From the NCBI GenBank assembly GCA_029717555.1, contig JAMDHS010000011.1, positions 1-64,000 of the forward strand: 64,000 nt of DNA, given 5' to 3'. Below the pieces are notes generated by a model that was not told the DNA's origin, did no database searches, and was given only the letters and a program-made list of their open reading frames with translations. Source of the DNA: Peribolospora baueri. Lineage: Eukaryota. Positions 24,449 through 34,543 of the stretch are shown here, piece after piece (the first letter of the stretch is position 1; each line of letters opens with the position of its first letter). Both the position numbers and the translations under genes were made by a program.

Positions 24449-25939
24449 TCAAGGAGGCGCCTCCTCCGCCTCCGTCGACTCGGTCGCTAAGACAGTTTCG
24501 ATGGCCACCGGGTCGGCCTGGACAGGCACTGGCCCGTACGCTCCTCCCGAAATCGATCCAGAGGGGATGATCCAGTACTCGGGCAGGAGGACGAGAGCTT
24601 CTTCGACGCGGGCGTGGGTGACCAGGAGGAAGAGGCCAAATATGGGTTTGGTAAAGAGATCCTGTGCAAACAGCACCGATCCCGTTTCAGCTTAGGCCAG
24701 ACGAGAAGAACATGGCCCCCAAAAAAAGGGACCGACAAACGACAAAAACGCTCACGAGGATAGCGTAGACCGTCACTTCCGCGTCGACGTTGATCACCGC
24801 CGCGCCTTCGCCGAGGGCAAAGCAGATCGGGTAGAGCGTCCAGAGGCTGGACAGGTAAAAGGCCAGACCGGTGTACACGCCTCCTACTCGGGGCGAGCGG
24901 CGGTGGGCGGCTACTCATGGCAGACACGATTGAGCTTACGTTTCGGAAAACACGGTGGCGAAGAACGCTGACTGAAGCAAGGGCCAACTCACACTTCCTG
25001 CCGTTCGTAAGCAGCGTCCAGACGATGGCGACGAAAAAGACGCAAGAGAACGCGTAGAAGCCCCACGCGTACCTGTCACGTCGGGTCAAGGAAGGCGAGA
25101 GCAAGGAAGAGCCTCAGTTCCATTCTTGTGCGTCGGCGGTGTGCTCGAAAACAACAGCGAGTTTACCTGCGGATCGGGTGGATGGCAGCCAGCAAGGCCG
25201 TGATCTCCATGCCTTCGCCCATCGCCAGCAGGACGATGATCTGTCCAAACGGGACACGTCAACGGACCGAAATGTGAGTGCCCCTCACTTTCGACACTCG
25301 CTTCCGGTTCGTTTTCGAATCTCACCTCTCCGATGGACATGCCTGCGACGAGGGCAAGGTCCAGCAGTCTGTGAAGGAAGAGGAGGAAACAATATAACTT
25401 TGTCGAACCACCTCTTTCACCCCCCACTCGGCATAACCAGCCGCAGACGCACAGCATGGGCATGGTAATCGCGTAGTCGACATAGCGGGCCACTTGAATC
25501 TCGCGTATGTAGATGAGCTCTGGCTCCACGTCCATCCTGACGCGCTCTAAGACGTAATGGACGCCAAGCCTACGAGCGGAAAAGGCGGGTCGAATCATAA
25601 ATGAGCCCCCTCTGCCGTCGAAACAAAGGTATGGGAACGGATTGGATGGGAAAGAGAGGTCTCACTTTGTCGCCATGGCGTAATAGGACAGCTGGGGGCG
25701 TACGCGCATCAACAGCAGAAACATCGCGAGTCACCGATAATTAGCCGACCTCGCCAGCGAAGGGGAGGGCACGCGTCATCTTCACTCACAGCAGCAACGA
25801 TGCTAATGACGGCCGTGGTGAAATGCAAGAGCCTCATGCGGAATGGTGCCCTTCTGGTGAGAAAGATGAAGACGAGAGAGAAGAAGGCAAAGAGGGCAAA
25901 GCCGGTCCAGAACACGTCCAAGCCCACGAAGGAGGCCAT
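24449..25939 (-). CDS. Type-1 (microbial) rhodopsin/opsin; 8 exons: 25939-25790, 25691-25666, 25569-25453, 25368-25326, 25240-25167, 25072-24993, 24910-24756, 24661-24449
   Basis: Spliced 7-TM protein: helix B LSYYAMATKLG, helix C ARYVDYAITMPMLLLDL, helix F LWTLYPICFALGEG, helix G EVTVYAILDLFTKPIFG with the retinal Lys. All introns are GT-AG and phase-compatible. Confidence 0.93.
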
Positions 25940-26325
25940 CTCCACAACAATCACGCTGTATTGGAGGTCAACACGCGAGGAAGCCCGCAAGGAAGAAGAC
26001 GTCCGCGCCCGCGCACGAGGTTTAGTGACGATAAGAGTGAGAGTAATTGGAAAAACAGAAATGGGTCGAGGGGTAGGTAGGCAACATTCAGTCAAGCTGG
26101 GTGGTCAGCGATGGCCACACCCCCGCATGCCGATTCAGGCTGGGACACCCACGCATGCTCGGGTAACCTCCCTGGCGGCCTAGGCTTGGGGGATCCTACA
26201 CGATCGCCATCGTCCCCGCTGCCCGCGTACCCGGCCAAGGCGCCGAGAACGAGTTGGTTGGTTTGGTCGAGGAGTGTGTCCATTTTTGACGGTGGTCAAG
26301 CCTCCTCGCCAGTTTTGGAACGTCG

Positions 26326-26333
26326 TTATATAG
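26326..26333 (-). promoter_or_regulatory. Candidate TATA box upstream of the opsin
   Basis: CTATATAA on the minus strand, ~390 bp upstream of the opsin ATG, in GC-rich DNA. Confidence 0.35.
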
Positions 26334-27409
26334 GAGCGCAAGAAAGAGGTGAGGCAGTGGAGCTGGAAGGCGGATAGCTCGTGGACGGTCAGGCTGTGAG
26401 AGGAACCAGGCGATCGTCTGCGCGCTCAAGTCTCTCGCTGACGAGTCCTTTTTTGTCCCCAAGTTCTGTCTCTCCACACCGTGGCCCCACTATCGTCCTG
26501 TCTTCGTCCAGGTGACGATGACAAAGACATGTCCCACCACCACGTGAGCGGCCGTAGTTGCCCCAACTCTCATAGATCCCCTCCAAGCGTCACCGTCGCC
26601 TTATCGTCCATGCTTCGACGGAACGACATGGGCCTTGGACCCGCTCTCCGGGCTGCCCGGCGGAAAAGGAAGCCATGGAAACCCTGAGCGACGTGGCGAA
26701 CGAGCGGGGAAACAGGCTTCGACTTGAGACTCGTTCAGCGGCTCGTGGATCGGTGCGCATCGACGTATTATGATTGGAAATCCGAGACGAGACTGCCCAT
26801 ACATGATCAAACGAGCGACGTCGAAGCGTCCCACCGTCTTCTTCGTCGCTGATGCTCATCATGACTGCCTGTGTCCACTCTGGAGAGGGAGGATCATCGG
26901 CAAACCGGTCCATCGAGCCTCGTCCGTGCTCGGGCCATAGCTGCGGCGACAATTTTGACAACTCAATCGTCGTCCGTAGTTACACAACCTTTTCCACAGC
27001 ACAGCTCGGGTCGCAGAAGACAAGGGGCGGATACGTTGTGCGAGATGAGAGGGTCGTCTAAACGAGATTGAACAGGGAGCACCACGATGCTCACAGCACC
27101 TCTCTGAAACGCTCGGCCCAGCTCGTTCTCAGCGAGCTTGCGCGATTTCCGCGCGGGGATCATGACAAAGTTTGCGCCCTTTTCGCGTCGTCCTCGTCGT
27201 CGTTGCCGTCGATGTCTGTTCGCAATTGTCTGTCGTTGCTGGCCAGGTCGTGCTCACGTTTGCTTACGAAGCTGAGAAAAGGCGTCTCCTTTGTACTTGC
27301 CATTCGGGGCACATATAAGTCGGCCAGCCACCAGCAGGAAGACAGCGCCTGGGTTCGGATTGTGAAAGGCTGTCCTGGGCGACGAAGGAGAGAGCTCACG
27401 TCAACCAAT

Positions 27410-28725
27410 ATGTACTCATCCTCCTCCTATACGCCACCTCTCTCCCTCACCATCCTCGGCGCCATATTCCTACTCCTTGGCGTCATCTGCGTCGTCCCCA
27501 TCGCCGTGGATATCCTTCTCCGTCGAGGATGGAAGTCGATGATGGGTATCATGTGAGTGTGCCCACTTACCAGCGAAGAACACCGTCCGCGACGTGGCGC
27601 CCCCTCGCTCCGTCTCTCTCTGCGCCGACCATGGAATTGGCGGCTCCATTGACTCTTTTCTCCATCGCACGCAGGATCCCCGTCTATCTCCTCACACCGC
27701 TCTACCTTGGCCCCATCGGCACGTTCTTCTACTTCCGCTACGGCAGGGCCGCACCACCGGGGCAAAAGTCAGAGGTCATGAACTGCCAGGCGCACGACAT
27801 GAGGGCAGGTCAGGACTCGGAGAACCAGGCTGACTGTTGTGAGGTGCAGCCGGAATGGACGGGTCCAAGAGGTGAGTGAATGCGCCCGGAGGGTCGTTGG
27901 TCGTAAACATCCCTGCTCGCGTGTACCACTGCACGCTTCGGTTCAACTTCCAGCCTCTGTTCGGCCCTTGACGCCGTGTCGTTTTTTCTCCATTATCGTG
28001 CCGCCTCATAAAGACATAAAGCGTCAGACGTCGGAAGACGAATCGGGACAGCGACACGCTAGCGATGATAAACATCACGCGCACCGTGCTCACTGCGCCC
28101 ATCACGCCGACCTTGACGAGACTCCAGACGCTTCCTCCCCCCGCACCCCGTCCTGGGTCACTGTCTTCGCCGGCGTGCTCCACTGCGGCGCGGGCTGCGC
28201 GCTGGGAGACGTCGTGGGCGAATGGCTGGTCTACGGCACGAACGCCACCATCTCCGGACGCACCATCTGGCCTGAGGTGCTGATCGACTATGCCTTTGCT
28301 CTACTCTTCGGCATCGTGTTCCAGTACTTTTCCATAGCGCCCATGTCGGGCCAATGGGGCCCCATGACGTTCATGAGGGCGGCCAAGGCGGATATCGTGA
28401 GCTTGACGGCGTTCCAGGTCGGTCTGTTCGGCTGGATGGTGATCTATGAGGTCGCCATCTGGGACTACAAGCTGGGCATGGTCACGACAACATATTGGTG
28501 GATGATGTGAGTACCCTCGCCCGGTGCCGTCCGAGCTCGAGGAAGCGTCCGACCGTTAAAATAATTGCACGTTGTCGTGATCGTCATGGTTCTGCAACCA
28601 ACCTCGGCGCTCTGCTTCCTCCTCTGTACTCGCCCAGGCAAATCGGCATGATCCTCGGCTTTGCGACATCCTACCCGGTCAACGTGTTTCTCATTCGTAA
28701 AGGCATCAAGGAGCCGTGCGTCTGA
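27410..28725 (+). CDS. DUF4396-like integral membrane protein (multi-exon; intron 2 boundaries uncertain)
   Basis: N-terminal TMs (..IAVDILLRRGWKSMMGIM|IPVYLLTPLYLGPIG.FFYFRYGR), then W..VFAGVLHCGAGCALGDVVGEW, DYAFALLFGIVFQYFSIAPM, AAKAD..SLTAFQVGLFGWM, YWWMM|QIGMILGFATSYPVNVFLIRKGIKE. Confidence 0.82.
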
Positions 28726-29036
28726 AAGGGCGAGCAAGAGCATGGCACGCGACCAGCTGGAACTCACCGGTCTGGGCATGGACGATAGGAAGGGCGACGG
28801 ACTGGAGTGATTATCCAAGCTCTTGTGATTTCTTCAGTTAGGTCACATTCATGAAGCATACCCGTCCATTAGCGCGTGAGCGGGTGGTGTGAGGACCTAC
28901 GGACGATTGGCCTAGAGCCCACTTCCAATCTCACGGTTTGCGAGTAACCTCACAAGAGTACATTGTCCAAAGACTGAAGAAGAAAACCTCCGATAACGTA
29001 CATGAGTCATTCGAGGTCCGACCAGTTTACTGCGAC

Positions 29037-29925
29037 CTACTTCTGCCTGCGTCCCCGAGCCTTGCCGCCACCACTGCGTGCAAAGCCAGCGTGAGCTGCT
29101 CCCTTGGGCTTGAGGCCTTTGGCCTTGCGCCATTCTTCTCGTCGCGAGCCGCGTGGCGCCGAGGTGGAGATTTTGCCGGCGCCGACGGTGGATGGTGTAC
29201 CGCTGGGCCCATCCACATCCATCGAGGCTGAGAAGGCGTCGCGTGTATATGAAGACGGCAAGGCGATGATCCGGATGGGATCAAAAGTAGAGTTGAGCCG
29301 TTGGCATGTCGGTCAAATGGAGAATGACGGAGTTAGAAGGATAAGAAAGGTAAAGTGGAAAAAAGGCAGGGACGGTCAGCGGGAGCGCACTAGGTCTGGG
29401 CGAACGAGACGCCGTCTTCTGCTCCATCTGCGACTCCTACTGCGTGCCTCCGTGTTGTCCACTGCAAACAAGTGTACCGTTCCCCTCGGACCTCGTTTGT
29501 CCGCAGTGGAAACCATCACAAGCGGCCGACATCTCTTCCTCGAGGCATCCCAACCAGGACAGCGCAAAACCGTCTCCACCGCCCACCTCCTCCCCGCCAC
29601 ACTCCATCCCGATCCCCTCTGGATCTACGAGGCCGAAGACCTCGTACTCGTTGAAACACCAACCTTGAGCATTTCCTTCCTTGTCCGCGTTCGTCGTTGT
29701 CGCCTCCTCTCCTCTTCGCTCCCGCTCCTGCTCGTCTACCTCATCCGCCTCCGTCATTCCGCCCAGCTCCTCCACTCCTGCCGACCCCTTCACCAGCTTC
29801 GCGCTCTGGGTGAGTCGTGTGGCAACTTTTTGAAGTCGAGCGGCGGCGGTGACGGCGAAAACGCCAGACTCGCGCTTCTTTCGCCGGTGGGCGACCTTGG
29901 ACTTGGAGCGAAGAGACTTGGCCAT
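29037..29925 (-). CDS. DUF2423 / YBL028C-like basic nucleolar 60S-biogenesis protein; exons 29925-29664 and 29227-29037
   Basis: MAKSLRSKSKVAHRRKKRESGVFAVTAAARLQKVATRL, then ...MDVD...KISTSAPRGSRREEWRKAKG after an in-frame splice. Confidence 0.82.
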
Positions 29926-30708
29926 CCTGGCGAGGATCCGTGCAGTTTTTAGAAGTTAGGGGTGCGGAGAGGCAGAGGGCGCCGGAGGGAGGGGGGAAAG
30001 GTGGAGGAGGCGACTTTTATGACGTCCTACGCTGTGCCGACGCCAAGTTGCAATGCGATGCAATTCGGTGCGTTATGCGATAGGCAATAGGCGATAGGCA
30101 ATATAGCCTCTTTGCGTCGATGGGCTGGCGACAATGTCGTTCGCCACAGTGGGTGGAGATGCTTGGCAAGAGAGAGAGGACGAAGACGAAGGCAAAGGCG
30201 AAAAGAACGGCGAGTCAAGTTTTGAGTCCGCGAAAATGCTGCGGCACCGTCCACGACGCCTGCAGGGCACGGGCCAGCCGCTCGCTCCCAGCCGGAGCCG
30301 AGGTAGGTCACTTCGGTTCGCTCACTGTCGGTTGGCATGCTCCTCCTGCAAAAGACATCGATCGCCAATGTTGGCCGGCATGGCTGCAGCAACTCCCAGC
30401 GTGGCCCTGAAAAATGCACACACAAGGAGCTATAACACTCGCTCGCCGCTCAGGCAATTTAAACACGCCTGCTCGCCTACGGCGCCAAGGCCATAGGGGA
30501 TTTTCCAGTGGGGCGAGCAAAATTTCCAGCGGCAGTCTGGGAGAGACCGGAAATAAGGGCGATGCTCATCATATCCTGTGAGCCGAAGATCGGCCCGTAG
30601 GCGCCTTAAGGTGGTGCCTCACGATGTCTTGGCGGGCGCGTTTCAGAAGTGTTTTACTATCCGTCAAATCTGTTATTGACGGAGTCATGAGGAAAGAGGG
30701 AGACTGCT

Positions 30709-33618
30709 CTAGTAGTAGTAGTAGTACACTCCCGGTTCCGGGGTTGCTTCGCCTCGCCGCCCGCCCTGTCTGTGGTCCGTCGGTGGCCGGTTGTGTGGTG
30801 TCGTCTGATAACGAGCCCGGTCCCTGCGTTGGAGTCCGCCTCGACCGCGGCCTGGTCCCCTCACCCGTCCTCCTCCCCTCGGATGTTGAGGACCATCCGA
30901 CGCCGTCCGCGCACCACGGCGACGCCGTCTCGGCGGATAGCCTTGTGGGCCCCACATTAGCTGCTCTTGTCCTGTCCAAGGCGACGTCGGAAAAGCGACG
31001 GCAGCGTAGGCAGCTTCGGCAGGGGTAAGCTCTGCTCCAGGCAAATTCTGCTGGAACGTTCTCCCAGGAGAGAAGCCGCTCGTGGGCACGCGAACGGTGC
31101 CGAAACTGATACTCTGCATGGGCTCTTCGGGCTCATTGGCGAGACCGAAAGGCGAGCCCGAGGGTTGGCTGAGGAAACGCTCGATGTTCGCGATCTCCTC
31201 CCTTCCCATCCAATTGAACCTTCGTGTCCACTGAGGCGAAGGCGTCGTCAGCGTCCTCCAGTCCCCATACCCCTTCGTGAATCGCGTCGGCGATCGAATC
31301 CTCCCGGCGCTGCTAGTTAAGCTCGGGTCCGAGTGGGCATAAGGACTGCTACTGTCATCGAAGAAGATTAGAGGAGTCTGCCAGGTCGCCGGCGTACTAG
31401 GAGGGGCTTTTGCAGAGGCGGGCGGAGACGTCAGTTCATGGTGAGAATGGCTCTGAGGAGCGTCGGCGCACATTGGTTTGGAAGGTGAAACGGTAGGCTC
31501 GAGGTGGGGCAGACAATCGAGCGCTAGCGAGTTGAGGAACCTGACACGGATCATATCCTCTTCCTGAACGTTTTGCGCCGCCTCAACCTGGCCCCACGAG
31601 AGCGTCTCCAGGCCGACGGACTCAAGGAGACGGAGTCGCCGCTGCGACGACGCTCTTTCCTCCTCCTGGGAGCCGAAGTCGGAAAACATCCACATCCTGG
31701 CCACCTCCTCGCTCATTGTCCGCGAGCGCACGCGCGGAGAAGGTGCGAACGTCGGATGATGGAGAAGGACGCGAGGCATCGCTTTTCGCTGAATGTTTGG
31801 AGCGACGTTGACATCAGCTTTGGGCTTCGCTGTAGGCGACTCCGGCTGATGCATCGCCGTCGTTTGTGACTGACGGTCGCGGCAATGCGGGCCAGCGAAG
31901 AACACCACGTCAGCGTTAGAAGGTTGAGGAACAAGCGAGAAACGAGAGTATATGCGCACCTGGCTTTGGTTGAGAGGTTGACTGGCAGCCTGGGCATAGG
32001 ATCTGCTTCTGACGTGCGCTCGCCCAGGACTGGATGACAGGGAATCCGGTGGTGGTATGGAGGATGGTTTCGACTTGACCGGACTTGCAGCCTGTGCGTA
32101 AGATAACCTCTTCTCACCCATGGACGCCATCACCGCAGGTGGTGTGCGTTGGGCGTCCGTCGTTATTTTAAGGGGCGGATTTCGGGTCACCATCGGCTTG
32201 GGAGACGGGGTCGCAGGCGCAGCATCAAAAATGGTATCGTTTCCACCGCTCTCTCCGATCCGACGTTCGCCATCTTCGGCGCGGCTCGCGCTCCTTTCAG
32301 TGGACCGCCCATCCTTGTCATTTGCCCAGTCCTCGTCCTTACGCGCCTTGGCTTTCTTCTTCGACCTTCCCTTTCCTCGCCTGCTGATGACCTTGAAGTC
32401 CGTTGGGGTCATAACGGCGGACGATGGGCTCCGCATGTCATGGGCCGGGAGTTGGTCTTTCATCAATAGTTCTGGGGAGGGGTTTCGCGTCGCCGTCGGC
32501 TCGGGAGATGGGGACGCAGGTGCGGCATCTGAAACGGAGTTATTGCCGTCGCTCTCCCTCATCCCACCCTCGCTTTCATCGTCGCGGCCCGTGCCAGTTT
32601 CAGCGGGTTCCCTGCTCTTGGCCCCATCCTTGGCCTTCCGCGTCTTGGTCCTCCTCTTAACCTTCTTTTTCGACTTGCCCTTGCCTCTCCGGCTGATGGA
32701 CTTGGGGGTCCTGGGTGACATGTCAGGTAAAGATAGTCCCCCTACGTCATCGCCGTCGGCAGTATTTGCTTTAGCATCATCGGATGGAGGGCGGCGGGCA
32801 GAAGGAGGCGTAACGGGCGGTGAAAGGGGATGAATGGTGATTGGATGAGAGAACGATTCGCTTCGTTCCCCCCTGGAGGTGCAGGACCTGAGACGGTGCA
32901 GCATGCTGCCGTGCCCAGGGTTGGGCCAGACAGATGAGGAGGCGTCCTCAGCGGAGGGGGAGTGGGAGGGATAGCACTGCTCGCCCGGTCCATCGCTGAC
33001 CGTATCGGGCGAATCAGGCCTGGCCTTCGCATCGAGTCGAGCGGGGTCGTTGAGCTCGGGCGATGCGCCCGTGGCGAGCAGGGAGGCGCGGGCTTCAGCA
33101 TTGGTGCGAGCGAAGAGGGCACGGGCGCATTCCACACGCTGCCACATTTCCTTGGAACGGTGGAGGTAGAGGACCTCGTCGAGGTCTGCCTGTGAGATGA
33201 TGACGGACAGGCCTCCTTCGCGACCGGCCTGGCACGGCGCGGAATGTTGCTGGTAAAACAAGTCTCTGGTGTGAGGCCCGGCAGAAGAAGAGACCGCCTG
33301 CTCTGAAGGTGGAGGCGGTCGGCTAGAGTGGAAAGATCCAAGGGCAGCGGCAGCCTCACTCGCCCACGCGGTGAGCGAGAAGAACGAGTCTTGATCGGCG
33401 CCCCTGTTGGTATCCTTATTGACGGGGGGAGCACCTTTGGTTCGGGCGTGAACCAGCTGCTGGAGCTGGAGGGTCTCAGCAGCAGTCTGCGCTGGCTGAG
33501 GCCGGGCCTGGTCGGTAAAGTGTCTTCCTCCAACGTCTTCGGCTTGCATCGTGCTAGAGACGTGTCCAGAGGCGACGGCAAGGACGACGGCGTCCCAGGG
33601 CTTTGCGGACTTGGCCAT
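30709..33618 (-). CDS. Hypothetical ~940-970 aa low-complexity protein with an internal duplication; probable 90-nt in-frame intron at 31870-31959
   Basis: Stop-free 2.9-kb ORF with first ATG at 33618. GTGCGC donor, CTAAC branch and CAG acceptor define an in-frame intron. No recognisable domain. Confidence 0.65.
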   Translation of the reverse strand: MAKSAKPWDAVVLAVASGHVSSTMQAEDVGGRHFTDQARPQPAQTAAETLQLQQLVHARTKGAPPVNKDTNRGADQDSFFSLTAWASEAAAALGSFHSSRPPPPSEQAVSSSAGPHTRDLFYQQHSAPCQAGREGGLSVIISQADLDEVLYLHRSKEMWQRVECARALFARTNAEARASLLATGASPELNDPARLDAKARPDSPDTVSDGPGEQCYPSHSPSAEDASSSVWPNPGHGSMLHRLRSCTSRGERSESFSHPITIHPLSPPVTPPSARRPPSDDAKANTADGDDVGGLSLPDMSPRTPKSISRRGKGKSKKKVKRRTKTRKAKDGAKSREPAETGTGRDDESEGGMRESDGNNSVSDAAPASPSPEPTATRNPSPELLMKDQLPAHDMRSPSSAVMTPTDFKVISRRGKGRSKKKAKARKDEDWANDKDGRSTERSASRAEDGERRIGESGGNDTIFDAAPATPSPKPMVTRNPPLKITTDAQRTPPAVMASMGEKRLSYAQAASPVKSKPSSIPPPDSLSSSPGRAHVRSRSYAQAASQPLNQSQVRIYSRFSLVPQPSNADVVFFAGPHCRDRQSQTTAMHQPESPTAKPKADVNVAPNIQRKAMPRVLLHHPTFAPSPRVRSRTMSEEVARMWMFSDFGSQEEERASSQRRLRLLESVGLETLSWGQVEAAQNVQEEDMIRVRFLNSLALDCLPHLEPTVSPSKPMCADAPQSHSHHELTSPPASAKAPPSTPATWQTPLIFFDDSSSPYAHSDPSLTSSAGRIRSPTRFTKGYGDWRTLTTPSPQWTRRFNWMGREEIANIERFLSQPSGSPFGLANEPEEPMQSISFGTVRVPTSGFSPGRTFQQNLPGAELTPAEAAYAAVAFPTSPWTGQEQLMWGPQGYPPRRRRRGARTASDGPQHPRGGGRVRGPGRGRGGLQRRDRARYQTTPHNRPPTDHRQGGRRGEATPEPGVYYYYY

Positions 33619-33703
33619 ACTGTGTATAAATGCGCCGTTGAGGGGCAAAAACGGCTTGTGGAAGAGACAAACGTGGGAGAAGAAGCAGTAGAGATCAAGG
33701 GAG

Positions 33704-33746
33704 AGAAGAAGAAGAAGAAGGAGAAGAAGAAGAAGGAGAAGAAGAG
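33704..33746. repeat. Imperfect (GAA)n microsatellite upstream of the orphan ORF
   Basis: Read directly from the sequence. Confidence 0.8.
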
Positions 33747-34543
33747 ATGAGAGGAGGGAGGAGGAGGAAGTTGCGAGAGACGACCGACAGCCGCCCGTCC
33801 TTCGTCCCGCCTCCATCCCTTCTTAACCAGGCCGCCAACCCGATGCCCTTCCTCCTCCCCCGCCCCAACCACAGCCAACCAATCACCCGCCTTTCCTTCC
33901 TCCAGGCTCGGCCCTCGTATGAGCCGTCGCGTGGAGCACTTTACGCGCTCGCGTCGCTCCCAACTTGCTCCGAAGCAAGCGCAACACCAAGCTTGGCCGC
34001 CCTTCCGTCTTCCCACTTCCTCTGTAGATATATCGTGTCTTCGCTGTTCCCCGTTCCCCCTCTCCTTCTATATGTTTGTCTCCAACTTTCCCCACACATC
34101 TTCAATGCGACACGACAACAAACAATGAAGGCGTGGGACGCACTGGCTCCGGAGGACACGATCGGCGGGCTGGCGGGCAGGAGGGTACGACGGCAGCTGT
34201 GACAGAAAGAAGCTGGAAGGTCAAAAGCCGTCGCCACCCAGACTCGAACCCGTGCGTTCCTCGCCACGGACGAAGGAAATACGGGTTCATAAGTGGACGC
34301 CGTTGTGGCCAGGTCAAGATGCTTTGGGTGAAGCGCACCTCAAACCTATTTCACCTGGCTATTCTGGCCGCAGTCAGAATCAAGACAAGTGTGGACCATC
34401 ACGTGGAGGCTATGTGGCCACGCTTAGTTAGGCGTTTCGTGACGACGTGATTGGCATTCGCATTCAAAAGATCATGAGCAAGGACCAGACATGAAACGGG
34501 ACAGAGAAGAGGTATAGACCGGCCCCTCGCCAGCAAGCCGCAC

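Noticed and set aside
29502..29514. GGTTTCC..CTGCGGA resemblance to 18S rRNA helix 45 in the DUF2423 intron
   Set aside because: The match is short, same-sense and discontinuous, so it could easily be chance.
33619..33816. Poly-Leu signal- or TM-like N-terminal extension of the 1035-aa ORF
   Set aside because: It comes from a (CTT)n microsatellite upstream of the first ATG (33618) and relies on a non-ATG start.
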